A DNA stretch of 38,469 bases from positions 1 through 38,469 of the forward strand of contig CAYGOP010000001.1 in the NCBI GenBank assembly GCA_964351645.1, in the 5' to 3' direction. The notes beneath the pieces were generated by a model. The model was given only the letters and a program-made list of their open reading frames with translations, searched no databases and was not told the DNA's origin. Positions 7,274-14,969 of the stretch are shown here, piece after piece. The translations under genes were made by a program, and so were the position numbers. Every line of letters begins with the position of its first letter. The stretch's first letter is position 1. Source of the DNA: an uncultured Candidatus Saccharibacteria bacterium (GTDB taxonomy: Bacteria; Patescibacteriota; Minisyncoccia; Phycocordibacterales; UBA918).

Positions 7274-8506
7274 ATGAAAAAAATCCTTTCTGCCGTATTT
7301 GTTGCGGTGATTATGTTCAGCGGAATCGCTTTGCCCGCTATTGCTCAATCTGAAGATACTGTTATCACCCCAGAACCAACGGTATTTATGTTTGGTCGAG
7401 ACGATTGTGGGTTTTGCAAAAAGCAATTTGAGTACTTAAATGAAGAAGGCATTGCCTATGAGTACTTAAATATTGTGACCGACGATTCAGCTCGTGAACT
7501 CTATAAACAGGTGACTGCCAAGCATGAAGTGTCAAAAGTTACCCCAGTGACTGTGATTGGTGAAAGAGTGCTGGTTGGCTTTAATGGTCCAGATACAACC
7601 GGGAAAGCCATTAAAGACGCGATTGTCGCGGCTCAATTTACTGATATTAACTCAATCGAAGCTCATATAGAGAGGGCGCCGGTACAAGATGTAATTATGG
7701 GTGGGGGATGTACCGACCTTGAGTGTGATTCTGGCGAGGTTGTAGGGTACGTATTTGATTTACCTTTTGTAGGAATTGTCGACCTTAAATCGTTCTCACT
7801 CTTTTCACTCTCTGCTCTCCTTGGAGTAATCGACGGCTTCAATCCGTGTGCGATGTGGGTGTTGATTACATTCTTAACTCTACTATCACAAGCGGGAAGC
7901 AAGAAAAAGATGGTGATGTTGGCTGGTATCTTTATCTTGGCTCAGGGGATCATGTACAACCTGATTCTTAATATCTGGTACAAGACATGGGACTTTGTAG
8001 CACTTGATCAGTACGTGACACCTATCGTTGGTTTCTTGGCGCTTGGTGGTGGTATTTTCTTCCTGTGGCGTTGGAATAAGAATCGAGCAACGGCCGCTAC
8101 CCTAACATGTGACATCTCTGATATTGAAACCCAGTCCAAGACTATTAATAAATTCCAAGCGATTGTGAACCAACCGGTGACTATCGTATCTATTATGGCT
8201 ATTCTCCTTATCGCATTTTCAGTCAATGTGATTGAATTCGCGTGCTCTATCGGTATCCCACAAGCGTACACCAAGATTCTTGAGCTCAACATGCTCACCT
8301 TCATGGAGCGTCAGTGGTATATCTTTGTATTTACCATTGGCTATATGGTAGACGACGTGATTGTGTTTGGATTAGCGATTTGGGGATATTCTAAACTCCA
8401 GTCTCATGGTGGAAAATACGCCCAATTATCACTCTTGATTGGAGGTACTCTAATGCTTCTACTAGGAATGCTGCTGATTGTAAATCCGTCTTTGCTCGTC
8501 CTCTAA
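7274..8506 (+). CDS. signal peptide + glutaredoxin/NrdH-like domain (CGFC) fused to a 6-TM CcdA/DsbD-like membrane domain
   Basis: MKKILSAVFVAVIMFSGIALPAIAQSE is a signal peptide. FMFGRDDCGFCKKQFEYL is a Grx-like CxxC. Six hydrophobic helices follow, with single Cys in helix 1 (GFNPCAMW) and helix 4 (EFACSIG), as in CcdA topology. The family assignment of the membrane part is inference. Confidence 0.65.
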   Translation: MKKILSAVFVAVIMFSGIALPAIAQSEDTVITPEPTVFMFGRDDCGFCKKQFEYLNEEGIAYEYLNIVTDDSARELYKQVTAKHEVSKVTPVTVIGERVLVGFNGPDTTGKAIKDAIVAAQFTDINSIEAHIERAPVQDVIMGGGCTDLECDSGEVVGYVFDLPFVGIVDLKSFSLFSLSALLGVIDGFNPCAMWVLITFLTLLSQAGSKKKMVMLAGIFILAQGIMYNLILNIWYKTWDFVALDQYVTPIVGFLALGGGIFFLWRWNKNRATAATLTCDISDIETQSKTINKFQAIVNQPVTIVSIMAILLIAFSVNVIEFACSIGIPQAYTKILELNMLTFMERQWYIFVFTIGYMVDDVIVFGLAIWGYSKLQSHGGKYAQLSLLIGGTLMLLLGMLLIVNPSLLVL

Positions 8507-8523
8507 GGTATACTCTCTAAGAT

Positions 8524-9474
8524 ATGGAATTAACACAGTTGTTTCAGTGGGTAGGAATTCTTGCCGTCTCACTCTTTGTGCTGGTACGAGGCGCTGATTT
8601 GTTCGTCGCAGGAGCCAAAAAGATTGGTGCTCATTTTGGCATGAGTTCGTTTGCGATTGGAGTGCTCATTGTTGGTCTCGGTACCTCTCTGCCGGAACTA
8701 GCGTCATCATTAGCAGCTGTTGTGGCTGGCGAAACAGAGATTGTAATCGCGAATGCAGTTGGTTCTAATATAACCAATATTCTACTTATTGTGGGAATTT
8801 TGGCAGCGCTAGGAGGGCCTGTGGTGATTAATAAAAACTTACTTAAAACCGAGTTGCCAATCTTTATGATTGCGACTATCCACTTCATTGCATCTGTGTA
8901 TGATGGGGTGATTGACAGAATCGAAGCGTTGCTTTTGTTCGGTACTCTCTGCGCATACTTATGGTACCTGTTTTCTTCTTCCAACGATGCAAAAGAAGAG
9001 ATGGAGGTAAAGGATATAAAAAATGGTGTGTCTATCAAAGACATCGTCTTTGTTGTTCTGGGAATATCAGCAGTACTTGTTGGAGCGAATTACACTGTTG
9101 AGATGGCTGTGAATATTGCAACTGGACTTTCAATTCCGCTTGGCTTGGTTTCAATTGGAGCTATTGCGATTGGAACATCTTTGCCTGAATTATTTGTGTC
9201 CCTACAGGCAATAAAGAACAAAGAGGCTGATTTAGCCATCGGTAATATTTTTGGCTCAAACGCGTTTAACATTTTGCTCGTAGTTGGTATTCCTGGTTTG
9301 ATTGCTCCTCTGGTAGCGGGTGAGGTGGTGATGGAGCTTGGCTTGATTGTAATGTTGGCAGCATCTTTAATTTTGTTTGTAAACGGTCTTGCTCGCCAGG
9401 TACAAAAATGGGAGGGAGTTATGATGCTTCTTTTCTTTGCGTTCTTTATGGTTAAGCTGGTTGACTTTGTATAG
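8524..9474 (+). CDS. CaCA family cation/Ca2+ antiporter (YrbG-like)
   Basis: Two alpha-repeats, GTSLPELASS..GSNITNILL and GTSLPELFVS..GSNAFNILL, with ~10 TM segments. TATACT lies 9 nt upstream of the ATG. Confidence 0.85.
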   Translation: MELTQLFQWVGILAVSLFVLVRGADLFVAGAKKIGAHFGMSSFAIGVLIVGLGTSLPELASSLAAVVAGETEIVIANAVGSNITNILLIVGILAALGGPVVINKNLLKTELPIFMIATIHFIASVYDGVIDRIEALLLFGTLCAYLWYLFSSSNDAKEEMEVKDIKNGVSIKDIVFVVLGISAVLVGANYTVEMAVNIATGLSIPLGLVSIGAIAIGTSLPELFVSLQAIKNKEADLAIGNIFGSNAFNILLVVGIPGLIAPLVAGEVVMELGLIVMLAASLILFVNGLARQVQKWEGVMMLLFFAFFMVKLVDFV

Positions 9475-10176
9475 ATGGAATCAGAAATACTACTGATAGA
9501 TAAGCCTAAAGGAATAACATCTTTTGATGTGATTCGTCGTTTACGCAGACAGTACTCTCAGAATCATGATGGTGAAAAAGCCCCTAAAATGGGTCATGCT
9601 GGTACCTTAGACCCACTTGCTACTGGACTAATGGTCATTGGGGTAGGGAAAGGCACAAAACGCCTGACTGACCTGACAAAGCTTGATAAGGAATATATTG
9701 CTGAAGTGAGAATCGGAGAAAGGCGCTCCACTGGTGATTTGGCAGGTGATGTTTTAGAACAGAAAGAGGTGACGGAAGCGCAAGCAGAGTTACAGAGTCG
9801 AGTATCCTCTGTATTGCCGTCTATGCTGGGAGAACTTACTCTGCCTGTCTCAGCGTACAGCGCTATTAAGGTGGATGGTGTCGCAATGTACAAGCGTGCA
9901 TACAAGGCAGAAAAGACTGGTGAGCTGGTGACCGAAGTTCCGGTGCGGGTAATGAAGGTGTATGAAGTTGAGCTTTTGTCGTTTGAAAAAGGTGACACAC
10001 AGGCTGTGTCTGAAATTCGCTTTAAAGTTGGGAGCGGTACCTACATTCGCTCACTAGCTGAAGAACTAGGAAATAAAATTGACTATCCTGCAACGCTGCA
10101 GAATTTGCGCCGAACCCAAGTGGGGGATTTTACTATTAAAAATGCCATTGAGATTGAAAACGCTTTTTTAGAATAA
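9475..10176 (+). CDS. truB: tRNA pseudouridine(55) synthase
   Basis: GHAGTLDPLATGLMVIGVGKGTK catalytic-Asp motif. The ATG directly abuts the upstream stop. Confidence 0.9.
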   Translation: MESEILLIDKPKGITSFDVIRRLRRQYSQNHDGEKAPKMGHAGTLDPLATGLMVIGVGKGTKRLTDLTKLDKEYIAEVRIGERRSTGDLAGDVLEQKEVTEAQAELQSRVSSVLPSMLGELTLPVSAYSAIKVDGVAMYKRAYKAEKTGELVTEVPVRVMKVYEVELLSFEKGDTQAVSEIRFKVGSGTYIRSLAEELGNKIDYPATLQNLRRTQVGDFTIKNAIEIENAFLE

Positions 10177-10182
10177 AGTAAT

Positions 10183-10208
10183 ACCGCATGGCTGGTTTGC
10201 CATGCGGT
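10183..10208. terminator. stem-loop terminator between convergent truB and ORF 10234..10461
   Basis: accgcatggc-tggttt-gccatgcggt followed by TTCTT. Confidence 0.75.
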
Positions 10209-10233
10209 TTCTTGATGAGTGAGCTGCCTCAAA

Positions 10234-10461
10234 TCAAATGTAGATTGTTTGCTCAGGGAACACTTTCAGGAGTGTTCTTAGTTGAGCGGTTTGTTCCTGG
10301 TTGCCTTTGGTGTAGGCAATGAAGTGTCGCCGTTTGGCGTTGTACTTCAAGTGCACTTGAGCTCCAATTTTGAGCGAAATCCGCACAATATCCTCGAAGG
10401 TGACGGTGCGAGCGGGTGGAATAATCCAACCTCGAACGCTCTGTTTGTGTGCATTGGTCAT
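10234..10461 (-). CDS. hypothetical small protein (75 aa)
   Basis: The track ORF starts at TTG 10521. The internal ATG at 10461 (MTNAHKQSVRGWIIPPARTV...) has a GAGGAG SD 6 nt upstream. No family recognised. Confidence 0.45.
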   Translation of the reverse strand: MTNAHKQSVRGWIIPPARTVTFEDIVRISLKIGAQVHLKYNAKRRHFIAYTKGNQEQTAQLRTLLKVFPEQTIYI

Positions 10462-10535
10462 GTACTGCTCCTCGTGTTTTGGGACGAGATTGTCCAGCAA
10501 TATTAAAACACGTTTATTCAATTTTGTAAATAAAT

Positions 10536-10560
10536 AACCCCGCCACTGGTGGCGGGGTTT
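10536..10560 (-). terminator. stem-loop terminator downstream of ORF 10647..10913
   Basis: aaccccgcca-ctgg-tggcggggtt. On the minus strand it is followed by TTATTTATTT. Confidence 0.7.
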
Positions 10561-10646
10561 CAGGCTGTATCTGCCTTTGTTAGAACTTGAAGCTAAGTTG
10601 CTGATGCTTACTTCTGTTTTGTTCGGTTTTTGTATTCTGGTTCTTT

Positions 10647-10913
10647 TTAGCCGTTGAATGCAGCTTGGGTCAATTCTTCAGCAAGAGTAAACAGGAAAGC
10701 CCAATCGTCAGCGCTTAGGTATCGATAGCTGGCAGGTCCGCGAGTCATTTGTCCATTTCGATAGACAAAGTCAATCTCGTCGCCAGCGAAGCGGAATATC
10801 ACTTCGCTGGCAGTTACTGAAAGAATACGTAAGCTATCTCGCTCAGCTCGGTACTGTTGCACGAGTCTGCGGAGACGTGCCTTCCTGACCTTCTCAGGAA
10901 CTTTTTTCGACAT
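10647..10913 (-). CDS. hypothetical small basic protein (88 aa)
   Basis: ATG 10913 (MSKKVPEKVRKARLRRLVQQYR...) with a GAGGAGGA SD. It overlaps the upstream ORF by 20 nt, which suggests translational coupling. No family recognised. Confidence 0.5.
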   Translation of the reverse strand: MSKKVPEKVRKARLRRLVQQYRAERDSLRILSVTASEVIFRFAGDEIDFVYRNGQMTRGPASYRYLSADDWAFLFTLAEELTQAAFNG

Positions 10914-11265
10914 ACGGTTCCTCCTCGAGCCTGCCGTCAGCTGGCCAAGTTTGAATGATGTTTGCATACCACTTACGCTTTTTTGGGTCGTTTTCGTCTT
11001 CGGACATCAATGTGTGGTATACCAAGCTGAGTGCCTTGAGGTGCAGTTTGTTGGTTTCGTCGTACCGGTGTGATTGGTCTATGTCAGGGTCCAAGTCTGG
11101 ATTGTAGGCTTCCAGTGTGAACCATGACTCAGTCTTGGTGCCGTTGATGACGGTGGAAACCAAAAGGCGCATGATGGTTGAGCCAAAAGTCTCAACCACC
11201 ACATGTTCAGTCCAGTTTTTGTACTGGAAGTGTCCATAGTATTGGCGTCTCGTCCGAGGTTGCAT
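10894..11265 (-). CDS. hypothetical protein (123 aa)
   Basis: ATG 11265 with an AGGAG SD 8 nt upstream. A candidate promoter TAGACA-N16-TATTAT lies upstream. No family recognised. Confidence 0.55.
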   Translation of the reverse strand: MQPRTRRQYYGHFQYKNWTEHVVVETFGSTIMRLLVSTVINGTKTESWFTLEAYNPDLDPDIDQSHRYDETNKLHLKALSLVYHTLMSEDENDPKKRKWYANIIQTWPADGRLEEEPYVEKSS

Positions 11266-11325
11266 CAGAATACTCCTGTAAAGGGCAAGGGAACGGGATT
11301 CGGTAAATATAATACAATAAAAATG

Positions 11326-11685
11326 CTAAATGTCTAGCTCAAAATGGCCGTCTTCGTCACTTGCATGTTTTTCCAGCATACCTTCCGCAAATAGAAATTG
11401 AGCCTCTTGTGAGTGTTTGTTGATGAGCTGGATGTCTGTCAGGAGCTCATCGTCAGGTCCTCGTAATTCATTCAAGCGAACTCCGTCTGGGGTGACTTCA
11501 AAAACAGAATAGTGGCCACCTTGCTTTAGGGTAAGGTTAGTAAATCCGTTGTCATAAAAACGCAGATTAGCCGAAAATCCATTTGCAGTTTCAAAACTTT
11601 TACTGTTTCGCTCTCTTTCAAGAATATTTTTCTCAAGTTGAGCTAAGGCTGAATCTAAGGCTGAGGGTTTCTTTGGTCCTTCCAT
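11326..11685 (-). CDS. hypothetical protein (119 aa)
   Basis: ATG 11685 lies 5 nt downstream of the yqeY-like stop, so it is probably co-transcribed. No family recognised. Confidence 0.55.
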   Translation of the reverse strand: MEGPKKPSALDSALAQLEKNILERERNSKSFETANGFSANLRFYDNGFTNLTLKQGGHYSVFEVTPDGVRLNELRGPDDELLTDIQLINKHSQEAQFLFAEGMLEKHASDEDGHFELDI

Positions 11686-11690
11686 AGTGA

Positions 11691-12143
11691 TTAAAAGAGA
11701 GATTCAACAACAGTCTTTACGTCACCTCCATCGGCCTTACCAGCTAGTTCTTTCATGACCGCTCCAACTAGCATTCCCATTTTGCTCTTATCATCAATTC
11801 CCAGTTCCGCCTTTTTAGCTTCGGCAATAGGGGTGATTTCTTCGATGCTCATCATTTGGGGGAGGTAGCTTTCTAGTACAACCAGCTCTTCTTTTTCCGG
11901 GACGGCCAGCTCTGGACGGGCATTGGCTTCAAACTGGGTAATAGATTCTTTTCTTTGTTTTGCTAGACGCTTAATAACAGCGAGGACTTCAGAGTCTTCA
12001 AGCCAGTCCTGGGGGGTTTTTCCAGTCGATACGAGTTCGTTTGTGAAAGTGGTGAGCATACTTCGAACAGTTCGGAGTTTGACGGCATCTTTTGCTTTCA
12101 TTGCGGTTACTAATTCAGATTTAATAGCTTGGTGTAGTGACAT
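11691..12143 (-). CDS. yqeY: GatB/YqeY domain-containing protein
   Basis: MSLHQAIKSELVTAMKAKDAVKLRTVRSMLT...KMGMLVGAVMKELAGKADGGDVKTVV is a typical YqeY sequence. The track start at 12269 adds an implausible 42-aa extension. Confidence 0.85.
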   Translation of the reverse strand: MSLHQAIKSELVTAMKAKDAVKLRTVRSMLTTFTNELVSTGKTPQDWLEDSEVLAVIKRLAKQRKESITQFEANARPELAVPEKEELVVLESYLPQMMSIEEITPIAEAKKAELGIDDKSKMGMLVGAVMKELAGKADGGDVKTVVESLF

Positions 12144-12256
12144 ATCCTCGATTTTATCACAATTTTGGAAGTTGGATATGCTGTGGACAAAATCAATAAT
12201 TAAGGTATAACTCATAAAGACGAAACTTACAAAATCATAAACCAAAAGGAGGTCAT

Positions 12257-12841
12257 ATGACCTACACAAAACTCATGTCGCCAATGAAAGTACATGCTGT
12301 TACTGAAGGTATAAACGCAAAAATTGATACCGATTTACCAGTTGTGTTCTCAGCTGGACCAATTCGTAACGGGCCGATGTGGCACGATGATGCAATTCGG
12401 TATGCGCTGAAGCGCGAAGAGGCAATCTTTTTTGCCACGCCAAGACGTAAGCTCGATAGTGACTTGAAGCGCTTCTTGGTCGAGTGTCCGATTGGGTGTG
12501 ACCGTTTTGAGCGACAGCGTCCCTGGGAGCGTCACTACCTGAATCTGGCAGCGGAAAAAGGCTGTGTATTCTTCTGGTTGTGCAAACCTTTGCCACGCGA
12601 ACAATGGACTGACCCTGAAAAATCGTACGCCCAAATTACTATGCTTGAACTTGGTGAATGGATTGCTCGCAAAGCAATTGATCCAAGTATTCGCCTGGTG
12701 ATAGGGACTGATGGTTCTTTCCCAGAATGGCGGACTATTCTCAATGAAATTGAACATGAACTGCCAGATTTGCCTTTGTACGCCTCACTGGCTTCAACGG
12801 TGAATGCTGCGATTGATGTTGCTATCTTGAAAGGGGATTGA
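12257..12841 (+). CDS. nucleoside 2-deoxyribosyltransferase-like (NDT/Rcl-fold) protein
   Basis: VVFSAGPIR near the N-terminus and ITMLELGEW (Glu in the T..ELG context) resemble the NDT-like fold motifs. A strong AAGGAGG SD is present. The assignment is tentative. Confidence 0.55.
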   Translation: MTYTKLMSPMKVHAVTEGINAKIDTDLPVVFSAGPIRNGPMWHDDAIRYALKREEAIFFATPRRKLDSDLKRFLVECPIGCDRFERQRPWERHYLNLAAEKGCVFFWLCKPLPREQWTDPEKSYAQITMLELGEWIARKAIDPSIRLVIGTDGSFPEWRTILNEIEHELPDLPLYASLASTVNAAIDVAILKGD

Positions 12842-12842
12842 G

Positions 12843-13421
12843 ATGGGAAAGAAATGGTTTACGGCTGATTGGCATGCTGGAGAAGGTGCGGAGCGAAGTC
12901 GTGAGGCTTTGTTTCGCTATAAGCACACCAACCAATTGGTTGATGATTGGCTGCAAAACTGCCATGACAGCATTCAATCCCCAGAAGACACGCTCTATAT
13001 GCTGGGAGATATGATTCTAACGGTTGACGACGTTTCTGTGCTCGCACAGTTGCCTGATTGTAGAAAGATTCTCATTAAGGGTGATAAGGAACGCCGGTAC
13101 AACAACATCTACCTTAGCGGTGAGGTTATGGAGGCTGGGGTTGAGTTTGTAGCAGATGTGCTTTGGGAGACTATGGGTGGTAATGATTACTGCATGTTGC
13201 ATAGGCCAGATGAGGCATTTGAACGCTCTGAAGATATGCCGTTCTTGTGTGGTCACGTACACAAAGCCTGGACATTTGCTCGGCTGCCAAACGGCCAACC
13301 AATCATTAATGTTGGCATCGATGCTTGGGGCCGAATTGTTAGCGAGGATGAGGTCGTACGTTTGACACATTTAATTCGAAACGGACAGTACGACAAAAAC
13401 TGTTATCCCGCTGATTGGTAG
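12843..13421 (+). CDS. calcineurin-like metallophosphoesterase (AQ1575-like subgroup) with variant active-site motifs
   Basis: FTADWHAGE (motif I), YMLGDM (II), ILIKGDKE in place of GNH[DE] (III), MLHRP (IV) and CGHVH (V). It starts 2 nt after the upstream stop. Confidence 0.7.
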   Translation: MGKKWFTADWHAGEGAERSREALFRYKHTNQLVDDWLQNCHDSIQSPEDTLYMLGDMILTVDDVSVLAQLPDCRKILIKGDKERRYNNIYLSGEVMEAGVEFVADVLWETMGGNDYCMLHRPDEAFERSEDMPFLCGHVHKAWTFARLPNGQPIINVGIDAWGRIVSEDEVVRLTHLIRNGQYDKNCYPADW

Positions 13422-13426
13422 GAGAC

Positions 13427-13455
13427 AAAGCGACCCGCTATTAGGGTCGCTTTTT
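13427..13455 (+). terminator. rho-independent terminator
   Basis: aaagcgaccc-gctatta-gggtcgcttttt. Confidence 0.8.
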
Positions 13456-13480
13456 CGTATATGAGCCACATACTGAATAA

Positions 13481-13489
13481 TGATATGAT
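13481..13489 (+). promoter_or_regulatory. extended -10 (TGaTATGAT) 8 nt upstream of the rmuC ATG; predicted leaderless
   Basis: aaTGaTATGATaaagacctATG. Confidence 0.55.
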
Positions 13490-13497
13490 AAAGACCT

Positions 13498-14577
13498 ATG
13501 GAAATTATTTTGATTGGATTAGTAGTGGTATTACTGCTCATAAACGCTTTTGTGGTCTATAAGTTGTTGCAACCAAAAGAGGAAGTTGTGAAAGATGATA
13601 AAGAGGCGATGTTGGTGATGCAACGCATAGAAGAGTTGTCTCGTACCGTTGATAGTAAGCTCAGTGAAACCAACAAAGCCATGCAAGAGGGAAGTCGACT
13701 ACAATTTCAAGAGAGTCGAACGTTGATTCAAGATATTAATAAGGAGATGAACGAACAGCTCCGGAATGTAGTAAAAGGAGTGACGGAGGTGGGTGAAAGC
13801 TCGAAACAAGTATTTCAAGTGGCGGATCAACTCAAGGAACTGCAGGATATTTTGAAGAACCCAAAGCAACGAGGAGTGCTCGGAGAGTACTATCTTGAAA
13901 CTGTGCTCCAAAACGTGCTCGGACCAGCAAATTTTCAAATGCAGTACGCATTTTCAGATGGAGAAATTGTTGATGCGGCGGTGTTTGTAAAAGGAAAGGT
14001 GATTCCGGTGGACTCAAAATTCTCGCTGGAGAACTATAATCGCTTTGCGACCGCTCCCGATGGGGAGGACAAGGTGAAATTTGAAAAAGCGTTTGTAAAC
14101 GACCTAAAGCTCAGAATTACGGAGACAGCCAAGTACATTCGCCCAACTGAGAAAACCACTGACTTTGCCTTTATGTTTATTCCTCACGAAGGAATCTATT
14201 ACGACTTGCTCTCAAACAAAGTCGGAGCCGGGGAAGACAATCTAATTCAACGAGCGGCTGGGAAGTACAAGGTGATTATTGTGTCACCAACCTCTTTTTT
14301 GGCGTATTTACAGACTGTTTTGCAGGGTCTCAAAGCCATGGAAATTGAAGAAAAAGCGCAAGATATTATTAAAAATGTGGAGAAGCTGTCGGGGCATATG
14401 GCTAAATATGAGGAGTATTACCAAAAGATTGGTAAGACACTGGAAACGACGGTAAATCACTATAATGCTGGGTACAAAGAGTTGAGTAAGATAGATAAGG
14501 ATGTACTACGTATTACTGGGGAGGCAGCTGGAGTCGATGTGTTAACGCTCGAAAAACCTCATAAAGCAGAGGATTAA
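13498..14577 (+). CDS. rmuC: DNA recombination protein RmuC
   Basis: N-terminal TM segment, a long coiled-coil, then the RmuC nuclease-like core (VIPVDSKFSLENY, FAFMFIPHEGIYYDL, VIIVSPTSFLAYLQ). Confidence 0.85.
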   Translation: MEIILIGLVVVLLLINAFVVYKLLQPKEEVVKDDKEAMLVMQRIEELSRTVDSKLSETNKAMQEGSRLQFQESRTLIQDINKEMNEQLRNVVKGVTEVGESSKQVFQVADQLKELQDILKNPKQRGVLGEYYLETVLQNVLGPANFQMQYAFSDGEIVDAAVFVKGKVIPVDSKFSLENYNRFATAPDGEDKVKFEKAFVNDLKLRITETAKYIRPTEKTTDFAFMFIPHEGIYYDLLSNKVGAGEDNLIQRAAGKYKVIIVSPTSFLAYLQTVLQGLKAMEIEEKAQDIIKNVEKLSGHMAKYEEYYQKIGKTLETTVNHYNAGYKELSKIDKDVLRITGEAAGVDVLTLEKPHKAED

Positions 14578-14867
14578 AGAGAAGGCCGCTCTGTATGAAG
14601 AGCGGCCTTTTTCGTATTTAGTGCGCATAGAGCGCCCGCCGAGTGGATGAATATTCCGTGCCTAAGCTCGGCAGGACACTGGACCAGCGGGTTGATTTTG
14701 CAACCTTTTTTTTGCTCAATTTCTCGCATATATGCCGGTTCAAGAGGGTAGTAATCTGCACACGGCATGGGGCGGTCTATTGTCCATCCCTCTAAAATCT
14801 CATGCGTAGCTTCCATAAATCCACACCAGTGGCAAGGGACTCCATTGGCCATAACTGTTCCTTTCAT
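14574..14867 (-). CDS. hypothetical Cys-rich small protein (97 aa; alternative start at 14852)
   Basis: It is the only long ORF in an otherwise empty 390-bp gap. It contains CHWC plus four further Cys. TGaTACTTT lies 10 nt upstream of ATG 14867. Its last 12 codons read through the rmuC terminator stem, which lowers confidence. Confidence 0.4.
   Translation of the reverse strand: MKGTVMANGVPCHWCGFMEATHEILEGWTIDRPMPCADYYPLEPAYMREIEQKKGCKINPLVQCPAELRHGIFIHSAGALCALNTKKAALHTERPSL
14582..14612 (+). terminator. rho-independent terminator after rmuC
   Basis: aaggccgctc-tgtatgaa-gagcggcctttttcg. Confidence 0.85.
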
Positions 14868-14931
14868 TTCTGTGGGAAAAGTATCAAATCTATCACAAAA
14901 TGCAATACACCTTGTTTTATTGATTTCGGCA

Positions 14932-14959
14932 TTGCAAATCTTGTGATTTCTTGTATACT
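14932..14959 (+). promoter_or_regulatory. rplU promoter TTGCAA-N16-TATACT, 10 nt from the ATG
   Basis: aTTGCAAatcttgtgatttcttgTATACTctcacgcattATG. There is no SD. Confidence 0.55.
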
Positions 14960-14969
14960 CTCACGCATT

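Noticed and set aside
10604-10657. 17-codon hydrophobic mini-ORF (MLTSVLFGFCILVLFSR) on the + strand, resembling a type I toxin peptide
   Set aside because: It has no SD or promoter. It lies in the T-rich complement of the 3' UTR and stop region of ORF 10647..10913, so the hydrophobic codons are explained by T-richness. It is too short to support.
12839-12843. Possible alternative genetic code (UGA recoding), as seen in some small-genome lineages
   Set aside because: TGA clearly terminates genes here: at 12839 followed 1 nt later by the next ATG with an SD, and at 37021 overlapping the next start. Trp is encoded by TGG in the conserved motifs. The standard code 11 fits all the conserved proteins.
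14613-14969. RNase P RNA, tmRNA or another structured RNA filling the long rmuC-rplU gap
   Set aside because: I found none of the hallmark sequences on either strand: GAAAGUCCGG-type P4 elements, or a tRNA-like GGGG...UCCACCA end. A protein-coding ORF explains most of the gap. It is left as an open question in the findings, not called.
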